DNA from: Isurus oxyrinchus
Taxonomy: Eukaryota
Length of the DNA stretch: 64,000 nt
Assembly: GCA_026770705.1 (NCBI GenBank)
Contig: JANJGN010000041.1
Location: forward strand, 1,116,001-1,180,000
Direction of reading: 5' to 3'
Of this stretch, positions 50,801 to 64,000 are shown one piece after another. The notes beneath the pieces are model-generated. The model was given only the letters and a program-made list of their open reading frames with translations. It was not told where the DNA came from and did not search any database. Every line of letters starts with the position of its first letter. Positions within the stretch are counted from its first letter, which is position 1. Made by a program: the position numbers and the translations under genes.

Positions 50801-52299
50801 GAACTGCAGAAAATGAAAGTGTGAAATCTGTACATTCCTGCAGACCATTCCCGTCCTTTGGCTGCCCCAGATCTCTGAACATATAATAAGTTACTGTCGT
50901 TAATGTTTCAAGCAGCAAAACTCATCAGCCAGTTAATAACCAGGTAATCTGTTTTGCTGATGCTGCTGAAATAATCAAATTGGTCCCAAGGGACGCTTCT
51001 GCATTTCTTCCAATGGTGACAATCATTGTGACGTTTTGGATGATCGGGTGAAACGCATTGAAGGTGATAGGCAGATAATCCGATGGCAGATGGAGGAAAA
51101 GTATTTATACGGAACCTGCCCATGTGACCTGTAAGGTGATTCCTGAAAGGGTAATGGAAGAAGGTGCAATGTTAAATCACAAATGAGGTGTTCTGGGCGT
51201 AATTGAACAGAAAAAGAGTGATGGCAGAGCAATGAAGAAAGTGAAGAGATCGTTTGGGCGGTATTCGGCAGCAATTTCAAAGTTCCAGCAGATATTTAAT
51301 GGGCTAATTGGTCCTCTTCTCTTCCGATTGGTTCTTAGCTTATAAATCTTGAACAATTATTTTAAACGTTCACAATTTCAATCATTACACAGATCGGTCT
51401 CTCTGTTCCTTAACAAGTTCCCGTCTTGTGTGAATGTCTCTTTATCATGCTCAGAATGGAGATAATCTTCATTGTGTTCATGTTATTATTAATTACATAA
51501 TATCTGATCAGTTCCAATAAAGAGCATCTGTGCTGGTGGAGCACTGGGAATACAAGTCCCAAGGACAAAGTATTCCATATCTTCTCTTGAGCACCTCAGA
51601 GGCAGAATGAGATCACTGGAGCACGGATGCTGTTTATTGAAACTGAGCATAATGGAGATGACCATATTTCACAGCAGGCACTGTAGATCGAGATTGATTG
51701 AAACAGGAGGAATCAATCTCCCATTTCAAGCATGTCCCTCCGTTCAGCTAACAGCAGTCTGATGTGCTCTGAACACTACCACCCCAATTTTCTCCCATAA
51801 CCATGAAAACACTCTCCAAATTCAAACTCCTCGCTTTGGTTCCAGGCCCTTTAAAGAAACAACAAATAATAGCATTTCAGTTATAGTGGACTTACCCAGT
51901 CTCCACTGATATCATCTATTACATTTCTCCAAGGCTCCCAATATCGCCTAACAGCGCAAACACTCGCAATTTTTAGGTGATATTAGTTTCAGGATCTGGC
52001 TTAAATCCCTTTACCCAAGAAGTCGCCTGACGCTAAATGAGGACTGAACTGTTGCTTCAGTTCAAGGTTCCACATTGGCTACAACAGAGGGGCATGAAGC
52101 CCGCCTCACCAGCAAAGGGAATTGGCTTGTACGTGTTCCTATTCCCATGCCGCACCAACATTCCACAGAACGCCAATCACTACCGATGATATTGCCCCTT
52201 AGTTCAATCCATGTACCCTTAAATGTGCCTGCTGCCCGGAACTGTTCTCAGTGACACAAGAAAATGATGCTCTTCTTCGTTCATCTTTCTTCTCAAAGG

Positions 52300-52960
52300 G
52301 GAAGAGGTACAAAGCGATTTGAGTGTAAAAAAATATCAATCACTACGATTTGACGTATTTGTTAACATGGTGTTAGAAAAATCTAAACCAAGCACTTGGC
52401 TTCTTGCCTTAGGGGATGGAAATGAAAGGTCGGAAAATATGCCAAAACTGACAAAAATTTCGTTGACCAAATTTAGGCAAATGCGCGCATGGTCAAAATG
52501 CATATAAAAGCGATTGATTATGATTATGCCAGGAAAGTGCGGGTTTACATAGAAGGAGGAGTTTTCAGACTGTGGCTCTTCTCTCTGGACAAATGCAAAC
52601 AAGTCTCCAGGATGGCACAATACAGGTATTTAAAATGCAGGCTTTTTGGGAGATTGGGTACACAGAGAATGTTTCCTCTTATGTGGAGGGTCGCAACTAA
52701 ATGGTGATCAATGTACGACAATCAGCAAATTATCCAATAGGGAATTCAGGAGAGACCTCATGCCCAGAGAGTCGTGAGAATGTGGAATTCGTTGCGGGAT
52801 GGTTCGGGTGAACATTATAAAACTCTTCAAGTGGAAACCAAGAAAGCAGCTGAGAGAGATGACAATGGAGTGAAAAAAATGGTAGACATGGATGAGGAAA
52901 GATGTGTGGAGACTCGTGGGTAGATTTAACAAAGGCAAAGTCCTTTTTGGCAAAATCACT
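52300..52960 (+). mobile_element. CR1 C-terminal/3' fragment
   Basis: RLWLFSLDKC..; ggaattcaggagagacctc..cccagagagtcgtgagaatgtggaattc (FTQRVVRMWNSL-like). Confidence 0.6.
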
Positions 52961-53454
52961 CTTACATTTATTGTTCATGTTCATCAGTAAAGCGATCACT
53001 CTTTTTGCTACCAGACCAGGCCGGGATCTAGGAGCAGTATGTTAAGTAACTCATCACATCACTCCCCAAAATATGAGAAAAATCTGCATGAGACAATTGT
53101 GGACTGTTTTAAGACAGACATATGAGCTGGCCAAATGGAGTTGGGGGAGCGGTTGGGTGGAGGTGGTGGGTTGTGTGGGTAATGCTGCTGGGAGAGCTCC
53201 ATGTACAATTGGTGTGAAGAAGAAGGAAAGTGGGCCAGCGGATTGCCCATTGGGAGTTCTGTTATTCTGGAGACCATGAAATCTAATCCGGGCGAGGAAC
53301 ATTCAATTTGCAAAAGTCAATTGTTCTACGGACAATGTTTACCATTTGCGAACACCCCTCAATTCGTACGTTGCCTTGCTGGCAAGCCCCTCCACACGCT
53401 GAAAACCTGCAATAGCATTCGGCAAAGCTGCATATGAACAGTGTTTCATTTGTT

Positions 53455-54242
53455 TTAGTCATAGCTCATCAAATTCTTCAAGTGCAATCGCAACAGATTC
53501 TGAGTCACAATATAAATGCAAATGATCGTGCATGAACTCAGGAGCTGTAGAATAAAACCAAATACTTGCACACAATTACCTGGATACATTAAACTAGACA
53601 ACTCACCCCAACATCTGCCACCACAGAGAATAAACTGCAAACCATGACCGTAAATAGGTGCAATTGTTTGAGAGGACAACAATAAAATATTGGGTTCCCT
53701 TCGGTTTTCCATCTTACTGATAGCCCGGAGTCTCCTGCGGCGTCTGCTGGTCAGTAACGTGTGCCTGACAGTGAAACCATTGAGCAGCAGAAGGAGGGCA
53801 AATGGCCACTCCGGGGTTAGAATGCAGGACATTTATTGTCATTTACCAGAGCGGGTTTTTATCGTTAGCCAATACTCATTTGCTAACAATAAATATCAGA
53901 AAATGTTCCTTAGATAGCCCAAAAAGGTCACTATTACCCGAAGCCCAGCCGCTGTTTCGGCAGCGCAATAATTACATTTCAGATTTTGGCAACTAATGGC
54001 TACAGAGCTTTCAATGGTGTGAGTGATTGTAAACCAGGCAGAACAGTCAGTGGCTGATAGTATTGGCATTACACACAGGGGTGGAGTTCAAGAAACAAAA
54101 CTCTTTTTAGAAAAGAATCAGAAAGTGTTGGAATATCAGGCTGAGGAAACCAGGTTTGCCACTGCCATTGTCACTATTTGCCGATTGTACATTTGGAGAG
54201 ACCACACTTTATGCAAATGTGGCACAACCGTCAATTTGTTAG
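53455..54242 (-). pseudogene. GPR139/GPR142-like GPCR exon 2, heavily disabled
   Basis: Acceptor ctcttatgctcAG|, phase 1: (A)NKLTVV..KCGLSKCT..IVTMAVANLV; ATDCSAWFTITHTIESSVAISCQNLKCNYCAAETAA..LRNIF*YLLLANEYWL; ILTPEWPFALLLLLNGFTVRHTLLTSRRRRRLRA..MENRR..FILQLLSSCTIICIYIVTQ. Several frameshifts and stops. Confidence 0.9.
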
Positions 54243-55699
54243 CTGAGCATAAGAGAAATGTACAATACCAAACTTACAAGATTGTGTCAGGACTTATTGA
54301 ACATTTCAGAATCATTCAACCTTATTGATCAGACGGTTGATGATAAGCTGGAAGGGAGGAATAATACAAGGGATATTACTGGAGAATAAAAGACGGTTTG
54401 TGGGTGGAATTCTGAGGTTATGTGGTAAGCAGAGATGTTGGGGGAGCGAGAGGTGAGGGAGGAGTTGAATTTGATGTGGGAGGCTGAGGCTATTGAGGCA
54501 GAAATTTGTCACGAATGAAGATATGGGTTTATGGGGATATCCGGGAATGATGGCAGGCAGCCTAGGAGTAATGGTGTTGTCACAACAGTAACAGGGTTGA
54601 TGGGGGAAAATTGCATACGGTGAAGCAACGTAGGGGAATGGGGGAATTAGTGTTGAAGGTCTGAAGAGGAGTGTTATGGGGTGCAAGTTTGCCTTGGGAG
54701 TTTTGGGTGACGAGTTGTAATGGAGTGACCAATTGAGGATAAGCTAAGTTGACATGGGGAAGAAGAACTAAAGTTGTCTGAGTGCAGGAAGGGAGGGGAG
54801 TGCGGTAAGGCAGAGATGTTAGTGGAGTGATGGCTTAAAGATCTGTTCTCCTGAGCAGCCTCTCAACATGATAGGAACCGCCCAAAATAAAATAAAATAT
54901 GATTTTATATAAATCCTGAGCAAACAGCTCAACATCTTAATGAAAAGATATTGGTGGAGGGTTGACTCGAACATGTTACAATTTCTGGTCTTTTTTCTTA
55001 GGTGAGCGCAACAGAATATTTGTTTCATTTCAGGCTCCATACAGGTGACATTCACTGTTTTCACCATAACCAGCACTGCAATGTATGGGCCAGGAACCCT
55101 CTTTATCTCTCCATGGTCTCTGTCCGGCCTGGCGAGTACTTGCACAACAGCCACAAGTCATGTGGAATTAAATATAACGTTTAGAGACGTTTAGGTTAAT
55201 CATTATGAAATAAAGTATGGAAAAAATTGACAAAAACGCTATTTCCAAAGGCGAGAGGAGAGTGACTGCCGTTGAAAGAAAGGCCGAGTGTGACATCAAG
55301 GAGCCAGAACAAAATTGGTGTCAACTGGAAACTCGCCTTAGGCACAAAGGAAGAGGGCACACTACAGGATTTCCTCAGGTTAATTCCCGAGGGCCAAACA
55401 GGGAGAAGTTGCTTCATCAATGTTTGCCCACCCATCATATGGTGAGAAGTGGGGAGGTTCACCGATGATTGCACAAGTTCAGGAGCATTCGCGATTCCTC
55501 AGATAATGAAGCAGCCCAGGTTCAAATGCAGCATGACCTGGTCAGGATGTTGCGGCCTCTCGCAACCGGGGGGAGGGGGGGGGGGGTATTGCATTCCTGC
55601 TGAATTGTTTGGGAATAACGTAGCTCATCTCATCCACCGAGGAGGGAGTTTCTGGGCGTGAGCTGTGGGTGGGATGGTTGATCGGGAGAAACACCGTGT

Positions 55700-56570
55700 C
55701 AGGACAAATAAATGTTGGCCCTGGAAAATATCCACCCTGTTGTTGAATTGTTGATATTAACAATCATGCCATAAAAGTGCCAGGTAATGACCATCTTCAG
55801 CAAGAGACAATCGAACCGTTGTTGCTTGCCAATCACTGGCATCACCATTACTGTATTCACCCCCCCGCCCCCCATACTGTCACCTTCCTGAATTTTACCA
55901 TTGATCAGATACTGATCTGGACTAGTCACATAAGTAATGTAGCTACAAAAGCAGCTCAGATGCCAGGAATCGCCTGGGGAGTTACGCACTTCCTTGCTCC
56001 CCAAAGACTGTCAACTACCTATAAGGCACAAGTCAGGTGTTTGACGGAATACTCTCCACTTTCAAGAATGAAGGCAACTCCAAAAACACTCCAAAAACTC
56101 TTCACCATCCAGGACAAAGCAGCCTGCTTGATTATCATGCGACACCAACCATTCAATCCCTCCACCACCGATGTACAGCAGCATCAGTTTCTATTATGTA
56201 TAAGATGCTCTGCATGATATCACCCAGATCCCTTCGACTGCAGCTTCCAAGCTCACAGCCACTGCCCTCTCGATGGTCAAGGTCAGCAGATAAATGCGAA
56301 CAAGGCAATCTTCAATCCTCTCGCCAAGCAACAGACCATCTCAACTTCGAAAGACTTAATTTTTCCTTAAGCTTCGCTGAGTCAGTATCCTTTGGTAAGA
56401 CAATCACCACCACCCACCACCCTCTAAAAACACTGTGGGTGTAGTTATACTACAGAGACCACAACCGTTCAAAAGGCAGCTCACCACCACCTCCACAAGG
56501 GCAACTAGGGATGGGGAATAAATTTCCTCCAGCAAACTAGGTCTCCATCCCATGAAGGAAAAAAACGAAA
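55700..56570 (+). mobile_element. CR1/L2-group LINE 3' end
   Basis: TIDQILIWTSHISNVATKAAQMPGIAWGVTHFLAPQRLSTTYKAQVRCLTEYSPL..TIQDKAACLI, then tail aagggcaactagggatggggaataaa..catcccatgaaggaaaaaaa. Confidence 0.85.
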
Positions 56571-59189
56571 GCCCCCAGATGAGGAGTTATAGGTCCATAT
56601 GATAAACTGGCTGAAGATGCCCTGGGCAGGAGGCACCATCATAATCAAATTGATTGTCTCGCACAGAACTGGGAGCAATGTCCTCGTGGGGAGAGATCAG
56701 TTATTTTGCTGAAACTCAAACTGGTTGGTGAGTGGATGCTGACGATGCTCCGCTGTAGACAAGGCTGAACCAAGTCAAGGAACAACAGTTTAGCATGACG
56801 CAGGGTGTTTTGCTAACGGTGATGAAGCCACTGCCTCATAAAACATCACCCAAGAAGAGGCAGTTGTGCAATAATCGATTATGTTGCACCGGGAGCGTGG
56901 GAGCTCTTGGGTAGAGGCATTCTGCTGGGATGGGGGTGCGGGGGATGGGGTGTGTACCCTTCGAACTTTAGGGGCAATGGGAAAATGGAGTGAGGCCAAA
57001 CAGCAACAGCTTTACCTCGAAAGAGGGGCAGCGGGTTGATATGTTGTCTTCATTGCCCTCCCCCACTTCCCTCCTGAAAATCTAGACTCCCGTCCGAAAG
57101 CCCGCTTTACTAGCATGATGCCCAGTTCACAGCTCCCTTCCCACGTTGATTAAAATCAGACCATATTGTTTTACGAATCAACCCAGTGAAATTTCAGCAA
57201 CGGGCAGCAGGTCCATTTAAAACATTTGCTGATATGGTGTCCGTTCATTTCTGTCCCCAGATTATGTCTGCATAGCTTCCACTTAAATAGATGCAATGTA
57301 TTCACCACAGTACTCCCTGTGGTAGTGACTCCCACATTCTCACCTCCCTCCGGGGAAATAAGTATTCCTGAATTCCCTGTGAGTTTTCTTGGTGAATGCC
57401 GTTTATTTAAGACACCTAGTTATCAGCACAAACACTAGAGCAAACTTTCACTCTGCAGCCACTATGTTAAAATATTTCATAATTTTAAATGTATAGATAT
57501 AAGGACCTCACTGGGTTCATTCAGCCTTACCAGGCTCCCTCCATCTATCCCTATTTCTTTCACATGCTTTCCAACATGGAGCGGTGTCCCTTCACTGAAC
57601 ACACCTCTTGTGTCCCTACATGTGTACGTAATGTTGTGAACGGTAGCAAGCATATTAGTAGATTTCACAAGTGACTAATGAAAAAAACATCGGTCATTGG
57701 GTTTTGTTCATGGTGAAGCTCACCGTGTGTCCAAGTTCATCTTAACCAAAGTTGCAGGTTAACCCTGGTTTTGCCTGAGGTGACATCTTGGTTCAGGCAG
57801 TTTAGGGTAGTGCCTCCTATGGGCATGAACAAAAAATACTCCTTAAGCATACTGGACACCTCCTGGAGTTCACTGCGCGGTGGGGAGCTGTTGGCTATTG
57901 GCATCTTGTTAGTTGTGCCCTTAGAGTTCGAATGGGTTGGAGGGGGACGGGAGAAGAAGGATCTGTTTTATCGAAAGAGCGAATGGAGGGTGAAAAGGCA
58001 TCATTCACACCTGCTGGTAATGAGATCCCTCTTCCTCTGTTATATCTCCATTCCAATCTCCATTGATCTTTTCCAAAAGACTGCGCTCCATATCCCTTGG
58101 CAGGAGAGTCAAGGTGATGCTGTATGCCAGCACTCCCACTGCACACAAAGATCGTGCAAGTTGCACAAAGATAATATGAGAAGAATATTGTGCTTAATCT
58201 GGAATTGAGCACAGCTGTTTTGCTGTCAAACTCAACCGGCAAGTTTACATTAATATAATTGCCAGTCAGGAACAAAAATAGGAAACAGCCTTTCAAGGCC
58301 CGTTTCAAACCTCACACTGAAGAGCACTCTTCAGTGTTTATCAAGAGAAACGATCGGGTTTTTTGTTTGGACGCTCGGCAATGGACAGCCGGTGCCTTGT
58401 CCAAACTGTCCAGCAATGGGCTGCTGGATCCTGTCTTGTGATGATTCATCATTTTCCCATTCACACGCCTTTGTGCCAAACTATCAGGCTGGATGGCAAA
58501 TGGCCGCCAGTGAGCCCTGTACCCCGGCAAATATTTAACAGGCTAATAAGCTTCTGAACACGACCTCTATGTTTCCCAAGAGAGTTGAACGGCATTGAGC
58601 ATGTGCACACTAATTGCATAGAGCACATACGACCTGACATTTTTCTCGCATTCTCATAACTGAGTGCAGCTCAGACTCCAGCCAATGCCAATAGTTGGAA
58701 CACAATGAGGGACCAACAAAAGGTGGAGACATTAAAGTCTAGGAAACCGTTCGGCCCATCGCGTTCTCGCAGCTGCAAGAAATTGTGGGATGCATTGCAT
58801 TTGCGGACATGGGAAGTGGGGGCGGATAGTGGGGAGCATGGGAGACAGGAGGTTGGGGGTGGTGGTTGTGAGTTAGGGCGATAGAAAGGCAGGGGGAACG
58901 GGAGGGGAATGAAAATTGGGCTGTGCATTTGTGGGGGAAGGGGTAGCCAAATTCTCTGATATAAGCGCAGTTGCAGGATGTACTGTTCAGTGACCAGTAA
59001 ATCCAGGGAAAAATGAAGATGTCTGCGGACTCAGTGATTGACTCACTGATCCTAAAACAAAGGGCTCAGTTTACGACTTTCAAAGTTGTCACAGGGGGTG
59101 GCAGACTGGGAGTATTATAGGCCACCAGCGGTAAGCTCAATGCTTGGTTTCAGGAAAGGTGCGTCATTTCTGCTCCTACTATATAAAAC

Positions 59190-59360
59190 AATAACAATTA
59201 TCAGTTGCAGCTAGGAAAAAAATCTTGGAATGTAGGGAGGCCCATCTCGTACACTTAAGGAAGGATATCTGCCTTCTTAACCCATTCTAAATTACATGTG
59301 ACTGCGGACCCACAGCTTTCTTAAATCTTAAATGACGCTCAGAAATGACTTCTCATGTCA
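59190..59360 (+). mobile_element. SINE body fragment
   Basis: aaggaaggatatctgccttcttaacc..tacatgtgactgcggacccacagc resembles a shark SINE 3' region. Confidence 0.4.
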
Positions 59361-60379
59361 ATTAGATGTTGTCACGCTGAAGACAAACAGGGAAACTGAA
59401 CACAGTTGGACAGGTCTGCATGGGTTGAAGCAGCTATACTTCTCAAACAAATCTTCTCTTTGTCCTTCATACCTTCAGTGCATCGTCAATTGATGTTAAA
59501 TATGGTGGACAGGCGATCCAACCGCTGTTTGATGGCGTTGTCACTAATCAGCGGTAGATTTCCTTGGTCACTTTTCACCAAATTGCGTGCATCTTCAAGT
59601 ATTGAAATCTTGACATTCGTTTTACCAATCCTTATTCTATGTTTACTGTGTTGACGTTGAAATTGAGAACATAGCATGGTGGCAGCGTGCTTACATTTTT
59701 GAATATTTTATTGAGAACTGTGGAAGCTTCAAATGATTCAGATCCAGCTGAAGAACTGATGCAGAAACGACGCCGCTACCAATTATTCATCAGGTAATGT
59801 TCAAGTCCTACACATGGTGTCTTCATTCTGGGGCATCACATCATTAAATAGGCACCAGTACACTGTAAATACTTCCCCTTAATAGATGTTACTTTGTCAC
59901 AAGAGAATGCGGAGCTAGCTGGTGAGTCATTAGTTGTTCTATAAAAACACAGTGTTGTTCAAAGTGAACTTCAAAAGGGATGTGTGGACACGCGGCTGCG
60001 TCTGAGACACATGCGGACTGAATGAAGAGTTGAGCATTTGCATCAGATAGGAATTTGGGAAAGTGAGGTCAGGACGTTTTTCTTTTCCTATTTTTGTCAG
60101 CTTCCCATCATTTAACCGTTTTCCTCCTTATCGCCAAAATAGATGAGTGCCACATTCTGGGAACGTATCTCTGAAAAATATTAATTAATTGGCCAATTTT
60201 TTGAGTAAGTTTGTCAGCAGTGGCAGGCTGGTGGTTTGGCATTATAGCAGCATTGTCCTTTTGGATGGAATACATAGAATACATTGAGCTGGATTAGGAG
60301 CTGTGGAAATTGTCAGCCGTTTATAGGAAGGCAATGGGGAAAAAATGTTGCTTAGCGACGTTGCTCCAGAAGTCATTCA

Positions 60380-63030
60380 TTCGCCTTAAGTTTGAGAGAA
60401 CTTGAGGTTGGTCAATGGTCAGGGGCAGGAGGTTGAGTGCTTGTCTGGCGGATAAGGGGACCCAGCACCGAGACTTCAAGGAGCCTCGGTCCATAACCTT
60501 TTCAAAAAGTATGAAGTGCTTGCAACCTATATGAATGGGGGGGGGGGGGGGGGGGGGGGGGACTGCAAGGTAGATGTGGGGACTGATCATGACACAATGG
60601 TGAGGAATATCTTTCAAACGGGTGGAGCTAAAAGGAACATAGCAGTGATAGTTGCCAGTGTAGTCAGTGGGATATGTTGTGTGCACTGCAATTGATAAAT
60701 GAATCCAGGCTGCTGTGTTACCTCCAAGCTTCTAGGTTTTGAGTGACCGGCTAAGGCTGGAGAGCAGCTTCACGTTGGAGGAAGTGGATTCACTGGGTCG
60801 TTGTCCATGTAAGCAGAAAAAATATTGGAACAACTGGGAAGTAGTTTTTGCATTGCGATTCCGGAGATATAGGCACAAGGTAAAACAACAGAGACAAATG
60901 TTAATAATCCATGACTCTGAACAGTGTGGTGTAAAAATTGGTGTAAGGCCGATACAATTAGGAATATGAATACGTGTCTCACTGCCTATGTAGTCGCACT
61001 GGCACCAGTGCTCTAAAAGTGGCATCTTTACCATTAGGGTAATCTAGACTTTAACCGTGCTGGATCCAGTTTCTAAGCTATAGATATAGTACGAAGGAAG
61101 TAGAGATGGTTTTAAAATAACAAAGTGTGAAGAGATCATCTCGGGGAGTTGGAATAAATAAAATTGAAATGGCGAGAAAATATATCAAAGAAGATATAAA
61201 GGTGAATGCAATTCCTTAATGGAAGGAAGGAGAAGTATTTGCCATCTGAGGGCTGTGCTAGCAGGCAGAGATACTGTTTTTTTTAAAAAAGGTAATAAAA
61301 CAATGAATTAAGGGCTCTGATTTTGAATGCCTGCAGTATTTGTATGAAAACAGTTGAATTCTAATCACCAATATAATTTAATATGTCTGGCCTGATAGAC
61401 ATTGCAGAGACATGGCTGCAAGAAAACCAATGCTGGGAAAGTAATATCCTGGGGCATGGGACATTCTGGAAGGACAAGAAGCTGTGATGAATTATTGGGG
61501 TCATAAAACAAGCCGTTCCTAGTTTGCTGAGAAATGACTGGTGCTGTAAAGGTCAAAATGTATAATCGGTTTGGGTTCAACTCAGGGACACCAGGGATCA
61601 GGAAGCATGGCAGTGAGTTGTCTATAGTCCACCAAATTGCAGTGGTATTGTAAATCTCCGAATAAATCATTACATTAGAGTTGCTTTTATGAAGGGCTGA
61701 ACTCTTACCGTGGGGGATTTCTCTTTATATATAGAGTGGGTTAAACTTATTGCTTCTAATGTTTTGGGGAACGAATTCTTAGAACATTTGTCAGATGGTT
61801 TTCTAGAGCAGCACGTTGAAAAACCAAATAGTGAACGTGTTATTTCAGATCAAGCCTTGGGTAACTGGACATTGCTCATTCATACTCTTGATGTAAAGGA
61901 GCTCTTAGGAAAGAGTGAGCGCAATATACTAGAATGATTCATTAAGTTTCAAAGTATGTTCCAATCAGAGAAAAGGGTCTTAATATAAAGAAAGAGAGTG
62001 TTAAAGAATTCGAAGGGTGGGGGCGGGGGAGTGATTGGCTTTGGTAGATTGGGACATTTTGCTCAAATATATACATTTTGACAAGCAATGTCTCACGTTT
62101 AAGCAAACAAACACACTATGCAACAGAAATACATTCATTTAATGCACAGGAGTCTGGGAAGGAAAGTCTTCAAATCGCGTTGGAAGGACGCTGCCGTGGA
62201 CGAGGCCTTTTTTTTATATATATTAAATCTGAGATTTGGGAGCATTTTAGAATTCTGTTAAGGACGACCAAGAAAAAATAATAAGAAAGGGAAAATTTGA
62301 GTAAACCACAGAGAAAAATAAAAAAAAAACATTTAAATGCTTCTGTATGTAAAATAAGGGAAAGGATTACCAAAAAAATAACACATGTGCAATTGCAAAC
62401 AGAGTTAGGAGAGTTTATTCCATGTCATAAGGAAATAGCAGAGATTCACAAATACTGTCATGATGGAGAAAAAAAATACAACCATCCCAGAAATGATGGA
62501 GAAGCAGAGGGCTAGATTAAAAGAGGGTATGCCAGACTTTAATTCAGGTGAGAACAAAGTATTAGGGTAATTAATGGTGCTTAAAGTGCAAAACCGCCCT
62601 GGGCCTAATGGTCCATACCCAGGAGGGCTGAAAAAAGGCGTCGGTCGCAATAGTAGAGGCATTGTTGGCGACCATTCAGAATTCTCAGGAAGCTCTACCG
62701 ATTGAAACATTACCCTAACATTTTAGAAAGGATTTAGGGAGGAAAGGGAACACAACAGGCCTTTCATATTTGCACCACTGCTAGGAAAAATGCTCGAACC
62801 TAGAACAAAGAATGTGATAAAATGATACATAGATAATAATGGTAGGATTGGGAAAAGGCAACATGGATTGAGGAAAGGCAAATCATGCTTAACCAACCTG
62901 GTGGTACTTTTCGAGGATGTAACAACCCAAATAGATAAAGGGGAACCGGTATCTTTAGATATTTTTTTGTAAGCTTTACAGAAAGACACACACAAAACGG
63001 TTAGTAAGCAAAATTAGATCACATGGGTTG
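60380..63030 (+). mobile_element. Near-full-length degenerate CR1 (ORF1 esterase, APE endonuclease, RT N-half)
   Basis: YEVLATYM, VHVSRKNIG (ORF1); ALILNACSI, DIAETWLQ, VGDFSL, LGKSERNILE (APE); QHGLRKGKSCLTNL..FEDVT (RT); truncated at ~63030. Confidence 0.85.
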
Positions 63031-63379
63031 GCGGCTGTCACCAAGCTGTTCAACCTCCCTTTCCCCGGGACCCTACATTTGTCTCCTTTCAGATGATCAT
63101 CAAATTCTCCTCTGAAAACCCTGAAGGAATTTGCCCACCCTCACTATCAGAAAATTTCTCCAAAATTATAACATACTCTGTGTAAAATTCATTATAATCC
63201 CCCACATCACCATTCTTTCCATTGCCAATTTGCTTGAATTGCAGTTAGCTTATCTTCGATCCTCCCCTCCAGTTCATTCCCTATCCTTCTTCGTGCTGCC
63301 TCTGGTTGCATCTCTAAAATTCCACACAACTCTGCACAGATGGCTAAACATTTCATAGTTGAACCGATTGTGGTTTGTT

Positions 63380-64000
63380 AAGTATTCAAATCGGTTATTG
63401 TTAACCTTTCTGATAGATGTTGTGCCTCAGTTGGGTATGTAACTGAAAAGTGCCAATTAAAAATCTTGATGTGAAAGAGCCCTTAGGAAAGAGTGATCTT
63501 CATATGTAAGAATATTACATTAATTTTCAAAGGGTTGTGTTCTAATCAGAGGCAAGAGTATTAAATCTAAACAAAGGAATGCTGAGATATTCAGGGACGT
63601 GGGTGTTGTTCCTCTCTCGGAACTAAAAGTTCCGGTTTTGATTCGTGCGAAAGGAGATGTGAGTATTTGAGGACAATACGTGACGAGGTTCGTACAGTTT
63701 GATATCAAAACAGCTGAACATTCCAAGTATTGCATGGCACCTTACAATGCATAGTTGATTGGTGGGATGGGAAGCGTTTTCGAGAAGGTATGAAAAAAAC
63801 AGGCATTGCTACGTGAAACTCTTCAGCAAGGTGTGAGCAATGTGCTGCCAGGCTGAGGGGATATTATCCGCAATATTCTCAGTGTGCTTAAGATAGGTGT
63901 TTAAACCATTACGTGCTATCCCGTGGAATGAAAGCTAAATATTGGTATCTCTGATCATTTTTGGAGAGCTCAGCAGACAAGAATGACCTTGTCAATGCAC
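63380..64000 (+). mobile_element. Second CR1 endonuclease-region fragment
   Basis: NLDVKEPLGKSDLHM, paralogous to 61880-61940. Confidence 0.6.

Noticed and set aside
50456-50918. Hydrophobic 130-149 aa ORFs resembling membrane proteins
   Set aside because: Reverse translation of GA-rich simple repeats.
51340-51496. attaattac plus TTTATAA resembling the GPCR promoter module
   Set aside because: No YYPIL-type exon follows, and the TATA-like word lies in a CR1 tail remnant.
59406-59790. Protein-like minus-strand segment (KISILEDARNLVKSDQGNLPLISD)
   Set aside because: Bracketed by stops, no splice signals or recognisable family; probably decayed transposon sequence.

Overview
Eukaryotic, repeat-dense draft-assembly DNA (N gaps at 17992-18249, 44862-45024, 45054-45371), most likely from a cartilaginous fish, judged from shark-type CR1, Penelope and DeuSINE repeats and the GPCR family present. 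No complete intact protein-coding gene is visible. The backbone is a decaying cluster of two-exon GPR139/GPR142-like class A GPCR genes. It has two disabled second exons (10123-11089 +, 53455-54242 -) and four first exons encoding the N-terminus plus TM1: 1318-1475 + (degenerate), 14974-15145 -, 27572-27641 + and 41193-41262 -. Three first exons keep a phase-1 GT donor but have no same-strand partner exon in the window, and several share an upstream AATTAATG/TATA module. Two of them lie in the arms of an old ~22 kb inverted duplication (~24280-32740 vs ~36560-46230). The rest is retroelement debris: CR1, L2, RTE, Vingi-like, Penelope (with hammerhead-ribozyme-like motifs) and a Gmr1-like Gypsy gag-protease. 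There is also a ~1.2 kb degenerate viral fusion-glycoprotein (env-like) fossil at 47593-48790. All family calls come from manual translation and motif recognition, not database searches, and repeat boundaries are approximate.
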